34,430 nt of DNA from Octopus bimaculoides (taxonomy: Eukaryota), in contig NC_068994.1 in NCBI RefSeq assembly GCF_001194135.2, positions 52,737,665 to 52,772,094 of the forward strand, written 5' to 3'. This document shows positions 10,291-22,300 of the stretch, piece after piece. The notes beneath the pieces are model-generated. The model was not told where the DNA came from. It made no database searches and was given only the letters and a program-made list of their open reading frames with translations. Positions within the stretch are counted from its first letter, which is position 1, and each line of letters opens with the position of its first letter. Made by a program: the position numbers and the translations under genes.

Positions 10291-10641
10291 GGATAACTTG
10301 TAGGAAATATAAATTCGATCAAAAGAAGTGCAGAATAACAGAGAAGATCTTTTATTTTATTACAATCACTGAATGGGAAAATATATTCTCTGCTTGGCAG
10401 TAAATTAATTTGGATGTGACGAGCTTGGTTGACAAAAATAAAATAAATATAATGTCTAAAAGCATCAAATTGTACGGTAATAATATTATGCAAAACTGTG
10501 CTGGAACGATATTCATGCAAGAAATAAACACAACAACCTTCACAGTTCGATATTGAAATACCTACCTACCAACCAACATATATATATATAATTATAATTT
10601 TTTCGAGCGCAAAGACGCTGTTAGAACAGCCTTAATATTCT

Positions 10642-10747
10642 TTTCTATTCTAAGTACAAGGCCCAAATTTTTTTGGGAGGGGCCCAGTCGATTAGATCGA
10701 CCCCAGTAGGCAACTGGTACTTAATTTATCGACCCTGAAGGGTGAAA
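10642..10747 (-). mobile_element. SINE family B, 3' portion (5'-truncated)
   Basis: tttctattctaagtacaaggccc...cagtcgattagatcgaccccagt...ggtacttaatttatcgaccc is homologous to 16275-16385. Confidence 0.85.
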
Positions 10748-11337
10748 TATATGTATGTATGTATTTGATTTTACTTAACTGAAGCAAGACAGGAAAGTAA
10801 AACACTATTGCTCATTCAAAACTACTGCGCGAGAAAGGACTTCTTTCGCTGTAATTCTCTCAAGTTATAAATATCGATGAAGTCATGGCAATGAAGACCT
10901 GACTTCTGTGATATATTTGCTCTTTAATTATAACTGAATTTGTATTAATGTTCTGTCGATCGCAGTTCTACATAGTATTAAACAGATTGCTAGCAAAATC
11001 GAGAATGTTAATTACTAAGAAATCTGTGTTTCACGTAGTTAGAGGTAGGTTATGCATAGCCTCCTCTGTGTTTTATGTATCGAAATGCTACATTCACTAC
11101 TGGTCTCTGCAGCGATTTATTCGTCTTGTGCAGCTAGTCATGACTTTTAATATACAACGTACCAAACACGTATCGGTTGTTGAAAATGCCCGAAGGAAAA
11201 CCACCTCGTATTTTTCATTAAGCTCCCTCAGTAGTGTCGACCAATAAATAGGATTTTATATGTGTATGGTTGACAATAATCAACTCAATTAAGGCGGGCA
11301 AAGGAAAATTGAGTGCTTGTTCACATAACTTTCTAAT

Positions 11338-11338
<1 letters not shown>

Positions 11339-11391
<53 letters not shown>

Positions 11392-11442
11392 NNNNNNNNN
11401 NNNNNNNNNNNNNNNNNNNNNNNNNNNNNNNNNNNNNNNNNN

Positions 11443-11482
<40 letters not shown>
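11339..11482. repeat. (GA)n microsatellite interrupted by assembly gap 11392-11442
   Basis: Directly visible. Confidence 0.98.
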
Positions 11483-11484
<2 letters not shown>

Positions 11485-11902
11485 CACATAAAGACGGATA
11501 GAGAGCCAGCTTCAAGGAACTCATTATCAGTTTATCAGATCTTTATAAATATTACCAAGCATATATACTATTTGTCATTGCTTCTACTTAATCCTCAAAG
11601 AACTCTAAGGAAAAGCATTCTAACCGTGACCGTCCAGACACGTCTGAGATATTTTGAATCAATACAAGGAGAATAGTACATCTTAAAGAACATTTTCAAC
11701 TAATATTTTCTTAAAACACAATCTTAGAACTAACATCCACCAAATTATATTTTATTTCTCCTGCGTGAGTACATATTTCCGGCAAGATGCCGCATTCTAC
11801 GTGATGGGGATATACATTTAGACGTGAATATAATTCTTAAGGAATGGTTTTAAAATCTAGTCATTACTTTATATTTCTTTGATATTCTAATATAACACTT
11901 CG

Positions 11903-12019
11903 TATGTATATATATATATGTATGTATATGTCTACATATGTGTGTATGTATGTATATATGCGTGTATATGTATATGTATTTATGCATGTATATCCATGTA
12001 TGTTTATATATATGTATGT

Positions 12020-12062
<43 letters not shown>
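11903..12062. repeat. Compound TA/TATG/(TG)n microsatellite
   Basis: Directly visible. Confidence 0.95.
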
Positions 12063-12063
<1 letters not shown>

Positions 12064-13235
12064 ATAGCTTTGTATGTTTATATGTATAGAAGTAAATATT
12101 TGAACAAGCATGTACTTCCCCGTCTCCCCTCTGCTATCATCATCTTTTTATCAAAAGATACGTGTCTTACACCTCATTAACGAGAACTCATCCCCACCCC
12201 CAGACAACACCTAAACTCATCTCTGACATAGAAAATTACTGAAACTTCTCTTTATGAAATTAAGATAGTTGATTAAACCATAAGAGAAGAATTTGAAAAA
12301 CATTTGACCAGTATATTTTTCACCAAAGGTCAACTATCAAAATGGAACCAGCGGGGCGGCACTTTCACAAGCCCTTCATGTTACACTCCTTAAACACTCC
12401 CACCACCTCCCAACTCCACTCTCAATCATTTTGTTTTTGCCATTCACAATTTTCTTTCAGCGCCTGTTCATCAGTATTCCTTCACTCTCACACTTATTAA
12501 CATACCCCAACCCTACTTCAGACACACCCAAATCTTTTATATATAGAATCCCACAGCACAACACAACCTGAGATAAGTTTGACAATCGCCACCGATGAAT
12601 GCGCGAGAGTTCTCCAGAAAAGTTAACAAGGAATCTTAAAAAAAATATATCCCCACCGAAGTTAACAAAGAACTTTCTAGATCCACAAACTAAACTGTCA
12701 AATTATATTATTAAAAAAATGAATAGATTGGAACTACCAGTGAAGTCATTCTTTTCCTTTTTCAAATATGTGTGTGTATATATATCTTTTTTTTTTTTTT
12801 GAAAATGATTAAATAGTTGGCAACCCCGATAATTCATGTTCAATACAACTACGAGGCGGGAGTCCATTGCTGGATTGTATAATCTTATAACGTCGACTGT
12901 TCAATCATTGTTAGCGCAATTATGTACATGACAATTGTATAAAATCTTAGTATGTTTTTCACCAGGTTTATCTAATATTGATACAAGTTTGGAAATATAT
13001 AACAGGAACATCTCAGTTGACAACATTGTATCTCTGTGTTCTATAAATCTATGAATCAGACTACACAGATGGATCATAACCCAGAGACAAATAATTACTG
13101 CCCAATATATACGGGAACAAAAGAAGAATAGATACTTGCAGGAAAAAACTCTAACGATGTGGACTGGATCCAATCTGCAACAACTCGGACCGCCACAACA
13201 CACACACGCGCACACACACATGTATATATATATAT

Positions 13236-13455
13236 GTCTCATCAATAAGTATTAGGCTGTAGTAACGAAGCCTAGGCACGCGGAATAATGCGGCATGGCA
13301 AAGATTGAGCTTTAACTCTACTGCGCATACGCATTAGATTTTAACGTTCTAGCTTCATTCCGCTGTTTACAGCTGTGGTTCGATGGAAAGTGTGTAGGGT
13401 GAGATCCGCGCATTGATCAGAAGCCTAGGCAAAGTTACAGAAAGTGTATGGAGAG
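13236..13455 (+). repeat. 220-bp exact duplicate of 13727-13946 flanking N-gap 13456-13676 (probable assembly artefact)
   Basis: By manual comparison the two copies are identical at an offset of 491. The first copy ends exactly at the gap, and both are preceded by the same (TA)n. Confidence 0.85.
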
Positions 13456-13676
13456 NNNNNNNNNNNNNNNNNNNNNNNNNNNNNNNNNNNNNNNNNNNNN
13501 NNNNNNNNNNNNNNNNNNNNNNNNNNNNNNNNNNNNNNNNNNNNNNNNNNNNNNNNNNNNNNNNNNNNNNNNNNNNNNNNNNNNNNNNNNNNNNNNNNNN
13601 NNNNNNNNNNNNNNNNNNNNNNNNNNNNNNNNNNNNNNNNNNNNNNNNNNNNNNNNNNNNNNNNNNNNNNNNNNNN

Positions 13677-13726
<50 letters not shown>

Positions 13727-14130
13727 GTCTCATCAATAAGTATTAGGCTGTAGTAACGAAGCCTAGGCACGCGGAATAATGCGGCATGGCAAAGATTGAG
13801 CTTTAACTCTACTGCGCATACGCATTAGATTTTAACGTTCTAGCTTCATTCCGCTGTTTACAGCTGTGGTTCGATGGAAAGTGTGTAGGGTGAGATCCGC
13901 GCATTGATCAGAAGCCTAGGCAAAGTTACAGAAAGTGTATGGAGAGGAGTGTATGAGCTACACACAAGATCCTTCCAAGCACTACTGTAGAGAGCAGAAG
14001 TGAGCTAGAACGTCCAAACTTAGTGTTTATGTAAGGTAAAGATCAAAGTCAATTTGTGCCAAGTGGGTGCACTTCGTGTTCCTTAGCTTCATTATTATAC
14101 AAAAGTCCGGATACTTATTGATCAGACCAC
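13727..14130. mobile_element. Mariner-derived fold-back element made of two inverted left ends
   Basis: TIR core ATCAATAAGTAT (13732-13743) and ATACTTATTGAT (14111-14122). The right end ...cagaccacg is followed by TA. Transposase N-terminal remnant KLQKVYGEECMS at 13923-13958. The right half is the reverse complement of the left half's 5' region (ACGTTCTAGCT 13835-13845 and AGCTAGAACGT 14003-14013). Confidence 0.8.
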
Positions 14131-14132
14131 GT

Positions 14133-14163
14133 ATATATACACACACACACGCGCACACACACA

Positions 14164-14233
<70 letters not shown>
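14133..14233. repeat. Compound (CA)n(TA)n microsatellite
   Basis: Directly visible. Confidence 0.97.
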
Positions 14234-14234
<1 letters not shown>

Positions 14235-14622
14235 TGCTATCGGATCAAACTGCGAATAGCCACCTTAAGAATTTATAATTCTCACTTCACCATTTTCGAA
14301 ATTAATCGCTGTTTCCTATGGTACTATATATAAGGCTGACAAGGTGACTTAATTTCTTTTAACATTCGGCGAGTAATGGGTCACTAATGAAGATTGATTA
14401 AATCTGAAATCAGCGCTGATATGACTCCATCTTGCTTGTCGTACTGGGAGAACCGATCTCCCTTGTCAGTCATTAGAAAAGTACTCCCACATTACTAAGA
14501 GATGTTCTGACACTTATTTCTGACACTGTTGATACTTAAAAGCTCACTCCGTCACTTTAGACATAACTGTACTTGTTGGCTATCGGCTCTAAATAACGAA
14601 TAGCCACCTTAATTGATGAATT

Positions 14623-14761
<139 letters not shown>

Positions 14762-15043
14762 TAACGTTTTATATGAGCTTTCATATACATACACACATAT
14801 ATGTGTATATGTATGTATGTATAATAACAAATAATATCATATACTAAATAAGCAATTATAATCTGTTCATTTTGGCAAAAGGAAATGAAGTCACTGATCC
14901 ATGCTTTGTGCGTTTGACTGAATTCAAAACTTTTAGTAACGAGAAAACATTGTTTCCTAAACTTCATAATATGAACATATATATATACATACGTGCATAT
15001 ATATATACATGCATACATAGGAACATATACTGTAATTTCTACC

Positions 15044-15076
15044 ACACACACACTCACACAAACACACACACTCATA

Positions 15077-15128
<52 letters not shown>

Positions 15129-15243
15129 CATATACTGCTCTTTATAGATATTTCTCTCCATATGTATATGTGAGTGTGTGTGTGCGCGCTCATGTGTCTT
15201 GCATGCGTGTGTGTGTGTGTGTGTGTGTGTGTGCATATGTATA
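15044..15243. repeat. Compound CA/TA/TG microsatellites
   Basis: Directly visible. Confidence 0.95.
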
Positions 15244-16274
15244 TATTTCTTTCTTTCAGATTATCTTCTATAGGTTGTTTGTTAAATTTCAAACGAGATA
15301 GCAGTACTCAGCTTAGAAATTAATCTCTAATGGTTAACAAAATAACACGGCTTTCGATTGTTATAAATATATTGGAAAAGTCAGATCTGGTGTGTGAGTA
15401 AGAAATCTATTGATAGCTACGCCAAATAATATATTTGTTATATCCATCTAAAGATTTCATGTCTGGAGGAAGATCAAGGGATTTTAGTTAATGTTCTGCT
15501 TTCTACATAAGAAACATCTCTTGTTATTGTTATGAGAATGGAAGTTTCCAATAAAATATATATTTATTGTTCAAGATTTCTATTCGCGTTGGGAGCGAGA
15601 GTTATTAAGCGAGTTTTCATCTACGCAATTAATTTGCAACAAATTTGCAAAAACGTTAGAACCTGGTGTTTTTCTTGTTGTTAATGTTGAAGGATTAGTT
15701 CAACTTCTATATAGAGCTGACGCATTATTAAATGCGTTCGACTCTTTGCTTTGACATTTATATTTTCAGATATAGTTTATTTAAAACAGTATTTCATAAT
15801 ACCTTTGTCCTTATATCAAACACCTTTATTTAAAGTTATTACTTTAAATAAAAGTAACTTTTGAGGAGAATTCGATTGCTCTTACTATTAGATTGATAAG
15901 AATGTTTGGAGCGAATCTTCTAGAAATAACAAATACCAGTCTTTCTAAAAATTATTTGCAAAATATTTTGAGATTTCTCTACATTAAGACGACAAAAGGG
16001 CAGTTTACGTCCATATAATCTTCACTTCTCCTTTTAAATCGATGAGAAAACCTGATTAACTGGAGACCATTTCTTTGCTCAGGCTAATTGTAGCTGATGT
16101 TGTTCTTTTTACCGCATTAGTAATTGTGGATGCTTTTAAGTATTTTTGATTAGGAGCAAGACGAACACATAATGAAAGAACACGGTAAGTAATACGGTTG
16201 AATCTCCTACTTAAGTATGTTGTTGAAGGAATGAACGAGAACGTAAGAAGTTGAGCCTTTGCTAAAAAAAAATG

Positions 16275-16488
16275 TTTCTACTCTAAGCACAAGGCCCGAA
16301 ACTATGGTGGGGAGTGGGCCAGTCGCTTAGATCGATCCCAGTATGCAACTCGTACTTAATTTATCGACCCCGAGAGTATGAAAGGCAAAGTTGACCTCGG
16401 CGGAATTTGAACTCAGAACGCAGTGGCAGACGAAATACCGCTAAGCATTTGGACTGGCGTGCTAACGTTTCTGCCAGCTCACCGCCTT
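16275..16488 (-). mobile_element. Full-length SINE family B
   Basis: The minus strand reads aaggcggtgagctggcagaaacgttagcac...gagttcaaattccgccgaggtcaactttgcc...gccttgtgcttagagtagaaa. A- and B-box-like motifs are present, and it is homologous to 1211-1385. Confidence 0.9.
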
Positions 16489-16874
16489 TGTGGTGTATTT
16501 CTACTTAGATATTCCACTGTAACAACCTACACTGAAAACTTTCACTAGCTCATGATTCAGGATTGTTTTAAAATAACCTGGATACGCCTTATATAACATG
16601 CAACATAAACTGCCATGGGGATGGTAAGATTTAAATTGTTCAAACACAATCAACCCACATAATAAGCGTTTCAACTGTTGTTGATTTTATGTTGCTTCTA
16701 AATTCCCATGAATATTTTATTTCAAAATTTAACTTTCAGTATCGTCAAGAGAATAGATATAAAAATTTGATTTAGCACATCATTAAGTATCATCTCTTAA
16801 TAGGTTTCAATTTAATCGTCAACCATGCACTAAAATGAATATTACAATATCCCACATCTGACAAGTAAGGTGTT

Positions 16875-17040
16875 GGCGCAGTCGTGATTATGCGATAAGT
16901 AGTTTATTTCCCAACCACACCGTTCTGGTTTTAGTACCACAGAGTGGTATCATTAGCGGGCGTCTTCTACTAGAGCCTCGGACCAGTAAAGCCTTGTGAG
17001 TGTATTTGTTAGATGGAAACTAAAGCAACGGTATCGTATG
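16875..17040 (+). mobile_element. SINE family A, 5' head
   Basis: ggcgcagtcgtg...cccaaccacac...gtcttctactagagcctcgg...aagccttgtgagtgtatttg...ggaaact is homologous to the reverse complement of 295-421. Confidence 0.75.
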
Positions 17041-17190
17041 TATGACAAAGCGACTAATGACAAGGAAAAAGTTTAGCATCAATATAAGATGTTTAACCAC
17101 ATAAAATTCGACTAAACTAATAGGATGATTATTGCGGTTGACAAAATGAATTTAACTCTATTTCATAATTCCCATGCTCAACCCTTCGCC

Positions 17191-17302
17191 TTTATGTTCT
17201 GGGTTCGTCCTTTTGGGGGTCAATGAAATAAATATTCGTTGAGTACTGGGGTCTATGTAATACCCTTCTGCAAAATCTCAAGCCTTGTGCCGATAGTAGA
17301 AA
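17191..17302 (+). mobile_element. Decayed, internally deleted SINE family B
   Basis: tttatgttctgggttc...gggggtcaatgaaataa...tactggggtctatgtaat...gccttgtgccgatagtagaaa aligns to the family B body and tail. Confidence 0.65.
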
Positions 17303-17392
17303 CAATGATCTCTATGCTGAATGCAACGTTTTTAATCAACAATGAATATAGCATATATTTATATACAAAGATGAATCTTTTATCGTTTATCT

Positions 17393-17555
17393 CTACATTG
17401 TTTCAGTCATTATACTGCGGCAATGCTGGGGCATCGCCTTGGAGAATTTTTAGTCGGATGGATCACTCCCAATACTTATATCTTTTAAGCTTGATCATTC
17501 CCCTATGGGTTACAATAAGTTACAGGGAGACCGGTTGTGGGGAGGTAAAATGACA
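17393..17555 (-). mobile_element. SINE family A, 3' tail
   Basis: ttgtttcagtcattatactgcggcaatgctggggcatcgcc is homologous to 37-200 and is followed by a CA tract, as in the first copy. Confidence 0.7.
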
Positions 17556-17593
17556 CACACATATACACACAGCACACACACACGCACGTGTTC

Positions 17594-17630
<37 letters not shown>

Positions 17631-17632
<2 letters not shown>

Positions 17633-18120
17633 AGGGCAACAGAGCAAGTAAAAAATTATCCGAACTTTCACCATAGCATATTTTTACTATTGTCACATTG
17701 CCCTCTACGCATTGTACTATTGTGGTCACGTGATCGAAGTTTGAGCAGCCTTATCGCGCTATCTTACTTTCTAGTATTACCAAAGAAAAAGAAGAATAAA
17801 GAACAACAGTGTGCGATCAATAGTGCAAGATACAGAGAAACGCCGAAGCCTGATGTCGAAGAATGTTTTGTGGTTGCATAACAATGCACGGCTACACACG
17901 GCCTCCCAGAACGTTGAAACCATTAATCAATTAGATTTCGATGTGCTGGAACACCCTGCCTACAACCCAGATGTCGCCCCCTCCCGACTATCGTATCTTT
18001 GGACCGCTCGAAGATGGTGTACGAGGTCACTTATTTCCTATGGATGAAGATGTAAAGGAAGTAATGCATAAATGGTTGCACGACCAACCGAAATTCTTCT
18101 TCGCAAGCTTGTGAGACTGA
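17631..18120 (+). mobile_element. Internally deleted mariner (D,D34D) transposon relic
   Basis: KEQQCAI (N-terminal KEEQRAVI-like) is fused to INSARY, then KRRSLMSKNVLWLHNNARLHTA...LEHPAYNPDVAPS, a +1 frameshift, then DYRIFGPLEDGVRGHLFPMDEDVKEVMHKWLHDQPK. There are 34 residues between the H(D>N)NA position and the APSD aspartate. TIR-like gaggg...aaaaattatccgaacttt at 17632-17668. Confidence 0.88.
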
Positions 18121-18153
18121 ATTCAGAACTAAATGGTTTCAAAGCAAGCTTCT

Positions 18154-18540
18154 TAGCGCACAGCCACACATATACACATAAATACATACATGCACATATA
18201 TATATACATAAACACATACATGCACACACACACTCGCTCACACACACACACACATACACACACACACATACACACACATATATATATATACATGCATATA
18301 TATACATATATATATATATATGTGTGTGNNNNNNNNNNNNNNNNNNNNNNNNNNNNNNNNNNNNNNNNNNNNNNNNNNNNNNNNNNNNNNNNNNNNNNNN
18401 NNNNNNNNNNNNNNNNNNNNNNATATATATATATATGTATATACGTAAATATATATATTAATATATATGTATATATGTATATATACATATTATATATATA
18501 TAATATACATACATTCACACACACACACACACACGCATAC
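18154..18540. repeat. Compound CA/TA microsatellites around gap 18329-18422
   Basis: Directly visible. Confidence 0.95.
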
Positions 18541-19323
18541 ATGTAATTGCCGCATCAATATGTACAAGAGGAATCAATTATCAAAGGTTTCTCTACTGGT
18601 ATTTAAAGGTGGTTTTGAGACACGGTGATGATATCGTTTTAATTAAGAAGATTTATGTTTTAAGCCACTAATTTAATAGATAGATATCGTTACAGTTTGT
18701 TTCTATTTAACATTTCATCACTGTTTTTTAATTTCTTTGAGAATTTACGAAAATATGTCAAATTCCTACAGTACATTGAACTATTAACAGTTGAACTAAA
18801 ATATGAAGAGGGAAAATTAAAAAAATGCAATTAACGTTTTAAAACTCAAACGATGTAGAATGAAATTTTATTAATTGGGACAAAACACAATTTTTTTACT
18901 TCAACGAAATTTAAGTGCAATCGTTTATAGAAAAACAAACTCGTTAGAATTATCCATTTTATTTTTTATTCATTGGTGATAAAGTAAGGAATGGTAATTA
19001 CTTCGAATTCGTACAATTTAATGTTTTATTTACCTCTAAGAATGCTAATTTCTGTTTAAATTTTCTGAAATTAACTGAAAAGAAGAAAAAAGGAGTATTC
19101 AATGATTATTCTGAGAGATCTGACCTGAGCTTGACCTAGAGTAGATCGACGGCGGCACAGTGTAGTGGAATAGAAAGCAAGTAATTAACGTGGTTTGATT
19201 TGGCCCCAGGTTTTGGCTGAAGAGAAGATAATTATTTAGAAACCCTTGCATCTGTCAATATGGGTACAGCATGATAAAGTGATGCTTTGTTGGCAACTTA
19301 ATGGGGCAATCTTTTTTTAATTA

Positions 19324-19335
19324 TCTCTCTCTCTC

Positions 19336-19391
<56 letters not shown>
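19324..19391. repeat. (TC)n(TA)n microsatellite
   Basis: Directly visible. Confidence 0.96.
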
Positions 19392-19393
<2 letters not shown>

Positions 19394-20174
19394 CTATATT
19401 AAGGGCATTCTAATTATACAATACTAACACATACACGCACAAACACGCACTCTCTCTCTCTCACACGCACACACTTACATACATATATATATATGTATAT
19501 ATACACACACAGATGTATGTGTTTGTATGCGTACGTTTGTATGTATGCATATATTCATGTGTATGTGTGTATCTGTGTGTGTTTATACGTAAAATCATGA
19601 CTATTTTTATAAATGCATACGCGTTTAAGCCATATTGTGTCAGTATTCATTCTGCTAACGTATCGATAAAGCAGAAAATAACTAAAAGATTTGGATCACT
19701 GTGTATGTTACTACATCAAAGTTTTCATGCGACTTGCACAATATATCTTGTAGGAGACAACATAGCTGTTTCCAGACTAATACGTGTTTATGTATTCAAG
19801 CAGTTATGCTGTGTTTACTGGTGATTAAGGTTAAGTCAGAAGTGAAAGAGAAAGATTATGAATCAGCAAAATGTTATACAATTATCGAAGAGCGATCATG
19901 AGACTTTCATATATCTTCCGCTTGTGAGTAATGGCTTTATTTAAGAATGTTGAATATGCGTCTGGAGGAGTTTAGTAGGAACAAATATATAAAAATTGTA
20001 GTAGTGCCTGTATGTGGAGATTGTAAAGAGTATTAAGACATAGGGAAGTATAAGGGATCTGTGTAATGAGTAAATACGAAGTATTGCTCAGTAAACTATT
20101 TACTTAGCAGAAGCCATGCTATTATCACAGATCCAGTTATTTGAATTGAGTTTATCAGGGTTTCGGTTCAGTTT

Positions 20175-20560
20175 CTATGGATGGAGGGGATTATTATTGA
20201 ATTGTAGTATATAATAATAATCTACGCAGTTTTTTATTTGCAGGTTTGTAGTATTCGGGACTAGGAAGAAGTACTTTTTTGTAAACAAACGATGAAAGAA
20301 TGTTTTGTTACAGGTTTTTACTCGTAGATTATAGTGTAGAATTTTCCCGGATCGTATTTTTCCTCTAGTTTCTGTGTAGAAGTTGCGGGTTGATTGTGTT
20401 ATAAAGGTATTGTCATTCCTTTGCGTAGCCATAGATTTATTAACCTCCTAGAAATGATGTGTTTCTTAATTGAAGACTCTTTGTTAGAAGGTTCTCCAGA
20501 GATTTTCAATGACAGAGTATGAACGAGGCTTTTAGACATGTTTAACGAAGCTAGAGAGTT
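20175..20560 (-). mobile_element. Possible decayed CR1-type LINE 3' fragment
   Basis: ORF 20175-20432(-) reads TRGKIRSGKILHYNLRVKTCNKTFFHRL...IKNCVD, weakly resembling the CR1 C-terminus 'TRGH..KL......R..FFS.RV...FKxxLD'. Confidence 0.3.
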
Positions 20561-21009
20561 TTCAAAACGAATAATTCAATATTTTAGGTTCGTTATCTGT
20601 TTTTCTCGGCTTTATATTTTTCCCTAAAAGAAATCAAAAAGAAACAATGTCTTAACAGCTACAGTTTTTACTCGACCGATCGTTGACACGTTTTCGGTTC
20701 ATATACTGTTATATTCTTTAGAAATATTTTCCCGTCTTTTGTTCCTTTAACTAGTATCTATACCTTAGCTACATTTCAATATCTTTCCTTGATATTTGGA
20801 ATGAGATCTCAGATTCCTCTACCTCCAAGAAGAAGCAAACACGCTTTTGTTTGTAATTTTAACTACAATTACGCAACGACACACAACAACACAGTTCTAT
20901 CTTTATTTTAAACTAAACATTTTTCTAATTTAATCAGTGACGAAGTTTTATTGATTCACTGGCATGATAACCCTTCAGGCAGAAATTCAAAAACCTGTTC
21001 AAATGAATA

Positions 21010-21494
21010 TGAATGTACACATGCATGTATGTATATATGTACGTATGTATCTGTGTATGTTTGTAAATATGTGCGTAAAAAATATATATATGTATATATA
21101 TATATGTATATATATATGTATATATACATATATACAAATACATATATATATATATATACATATATACAATATATATNNNNNNNNNNNNNNNNNNNNNNNN
21201 NNNNNNNNNNNNNNNNNNNNNNNNNNNNNNNNNNNNNNNNNNNNNNNNNNNNNNNNNNNNNNNNNNNNNNNNNNNNNNNNNNNNNNNNNNNNNNNNNNNN
21301 NNNNNNNNNNNNNNNNNNNNNNNNNNNNNNNNNNNNNNNNNNNNNNNNNNNNNNNNNNNNNNNNNNNNNNNNNNNNNNNNNNNNNNNNNNNNNNNNNNNN
21401 NNNNNNNNNNNNNNNNNNNNNNNNNNNNNNNNNNNNNNNNNNNNNNNNNNNNNNNNNNNNNNNNNNNNNNNNNNNNATATATATATATATATAT
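21010..21494. repeat. TA-rich microsatellite spanning gap 21177-21476
   Basis: Directly visible. Confidence 0.95.
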
Positions 21495-21764
21495 AGCAAA
21501 CAGGACAGGCATAAACACAAAATTATTATGAAAAAGAAGGGAAATGTAGATCAGGTGAAATTACAAAAGTGTGAAAACATTCAACAAATTTCATTATATC
21601 TGGATTGTGATTTTAGCGTAAAAAAATTAGGTTTCATCTACATGCATGAATCATATTTTAAAAGCTTTATTGCAAAGATTGGAATGAAAAAACAAACAGG
21701 GATAGGCATACATTTATCTAAAAATGATGTTCAACTTAAATGCGTCTATTTAGGTAAAATTACA

Positions 21765-21766
<2 letters not shown>

Positions 21767-21814
<48 letters not shown>

Positions 21815-21925
21815 CATCTATTTATCTACCCGTCTGTCTGTCTGCTTATCTATCTATCTCTCATCTATTTATCTCTTTATCTATATATCAGTCTGCTTAT
21901 CAATATATCTACTTATCTATCTATA
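21767..21925. repeat. (TATC)n microsatellite with degenerate extension
   Basis: Directly visible; explains the IYLS repeats in ORF 20964-21926. Confidence 0.96.
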
Positions 21926-21990
21926 GCGTACATATTCTCTTTATGGACTGGATACTGGGCGGCGGAAGATTACACATTTTGTCACCAGAC

Positions 21991-22092
21991 GGGACTGGAG
22001 CAATTTGAAATGGAGTGTTTTACACAAGAACATAATGAATCGCTGGGCCAGGAATCGAAACCATGAGTACGATACCTTGACCTCTAAGCCAC
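21991..22092 (-). mobile_element. Decayed tRNA-derived SINE head/body, family C
   Basis: The minus strand has B-box-like ggtttcgattcc (22062-22051), then ...gttcttgtgtaaaacactccatttcaaattgctccagtcc, matching a common octopus SINE body as I recall it. Confidence 0.55.
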
Positions 22093-22231
22093 ATGTATGT
22101 ATACAAATATGTATCCACATAAGTATGTTGCTGAACTTGTACGAATTTGTATACTTTTGAGACAAAGTCAAACATTTCTTGTTAGAATTGATTGTCGAAG
22201 CAGATAACTAGTATAAATCACAGGAATTCGA

Positions 22232-22300
22232 AGGATTGTCTTGGTCCAATGGTAGAAAGCCTGTCATATTTACATGGGATACCTGTTTGAGTCCTTTAAG
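22232..22300 (+). mobile_element. tRNA-like Pol III head (putative old SINE)
   Basis: A-box-like TGGTCCAATGG (22242-22252) and B-box-like GTTTGAGTCC (22285-22294) at tRNA-like spacing, followed by a GC-richer body to ~22540. Confidence 0.35.

Noticed and set aside
16154-16184. Possible 31-nt micro-exon (tag|gagcaag...acacg|gtaagt)
   Set aside because: The donor is good, but the acceptor is modest and the peptide is unrecognisable. GTAAGT occurs several times by chance in this composition.
20938-21027. Possible exon after ttttctaatttaatcag ([15 protein letters not shown]...)
   Set aside because: No convincing donor; it runs into a microsatellite, and the peptide has no recognisable homology.
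21495-21770. ~90-codon stop-free stretch within ORF 20964-21926
   Set aside because: No motif or clear splice context. A rough estimate from AT-rich stop frequency suggests one or two stretches this long are expected by chance in six frames of 34 kb.
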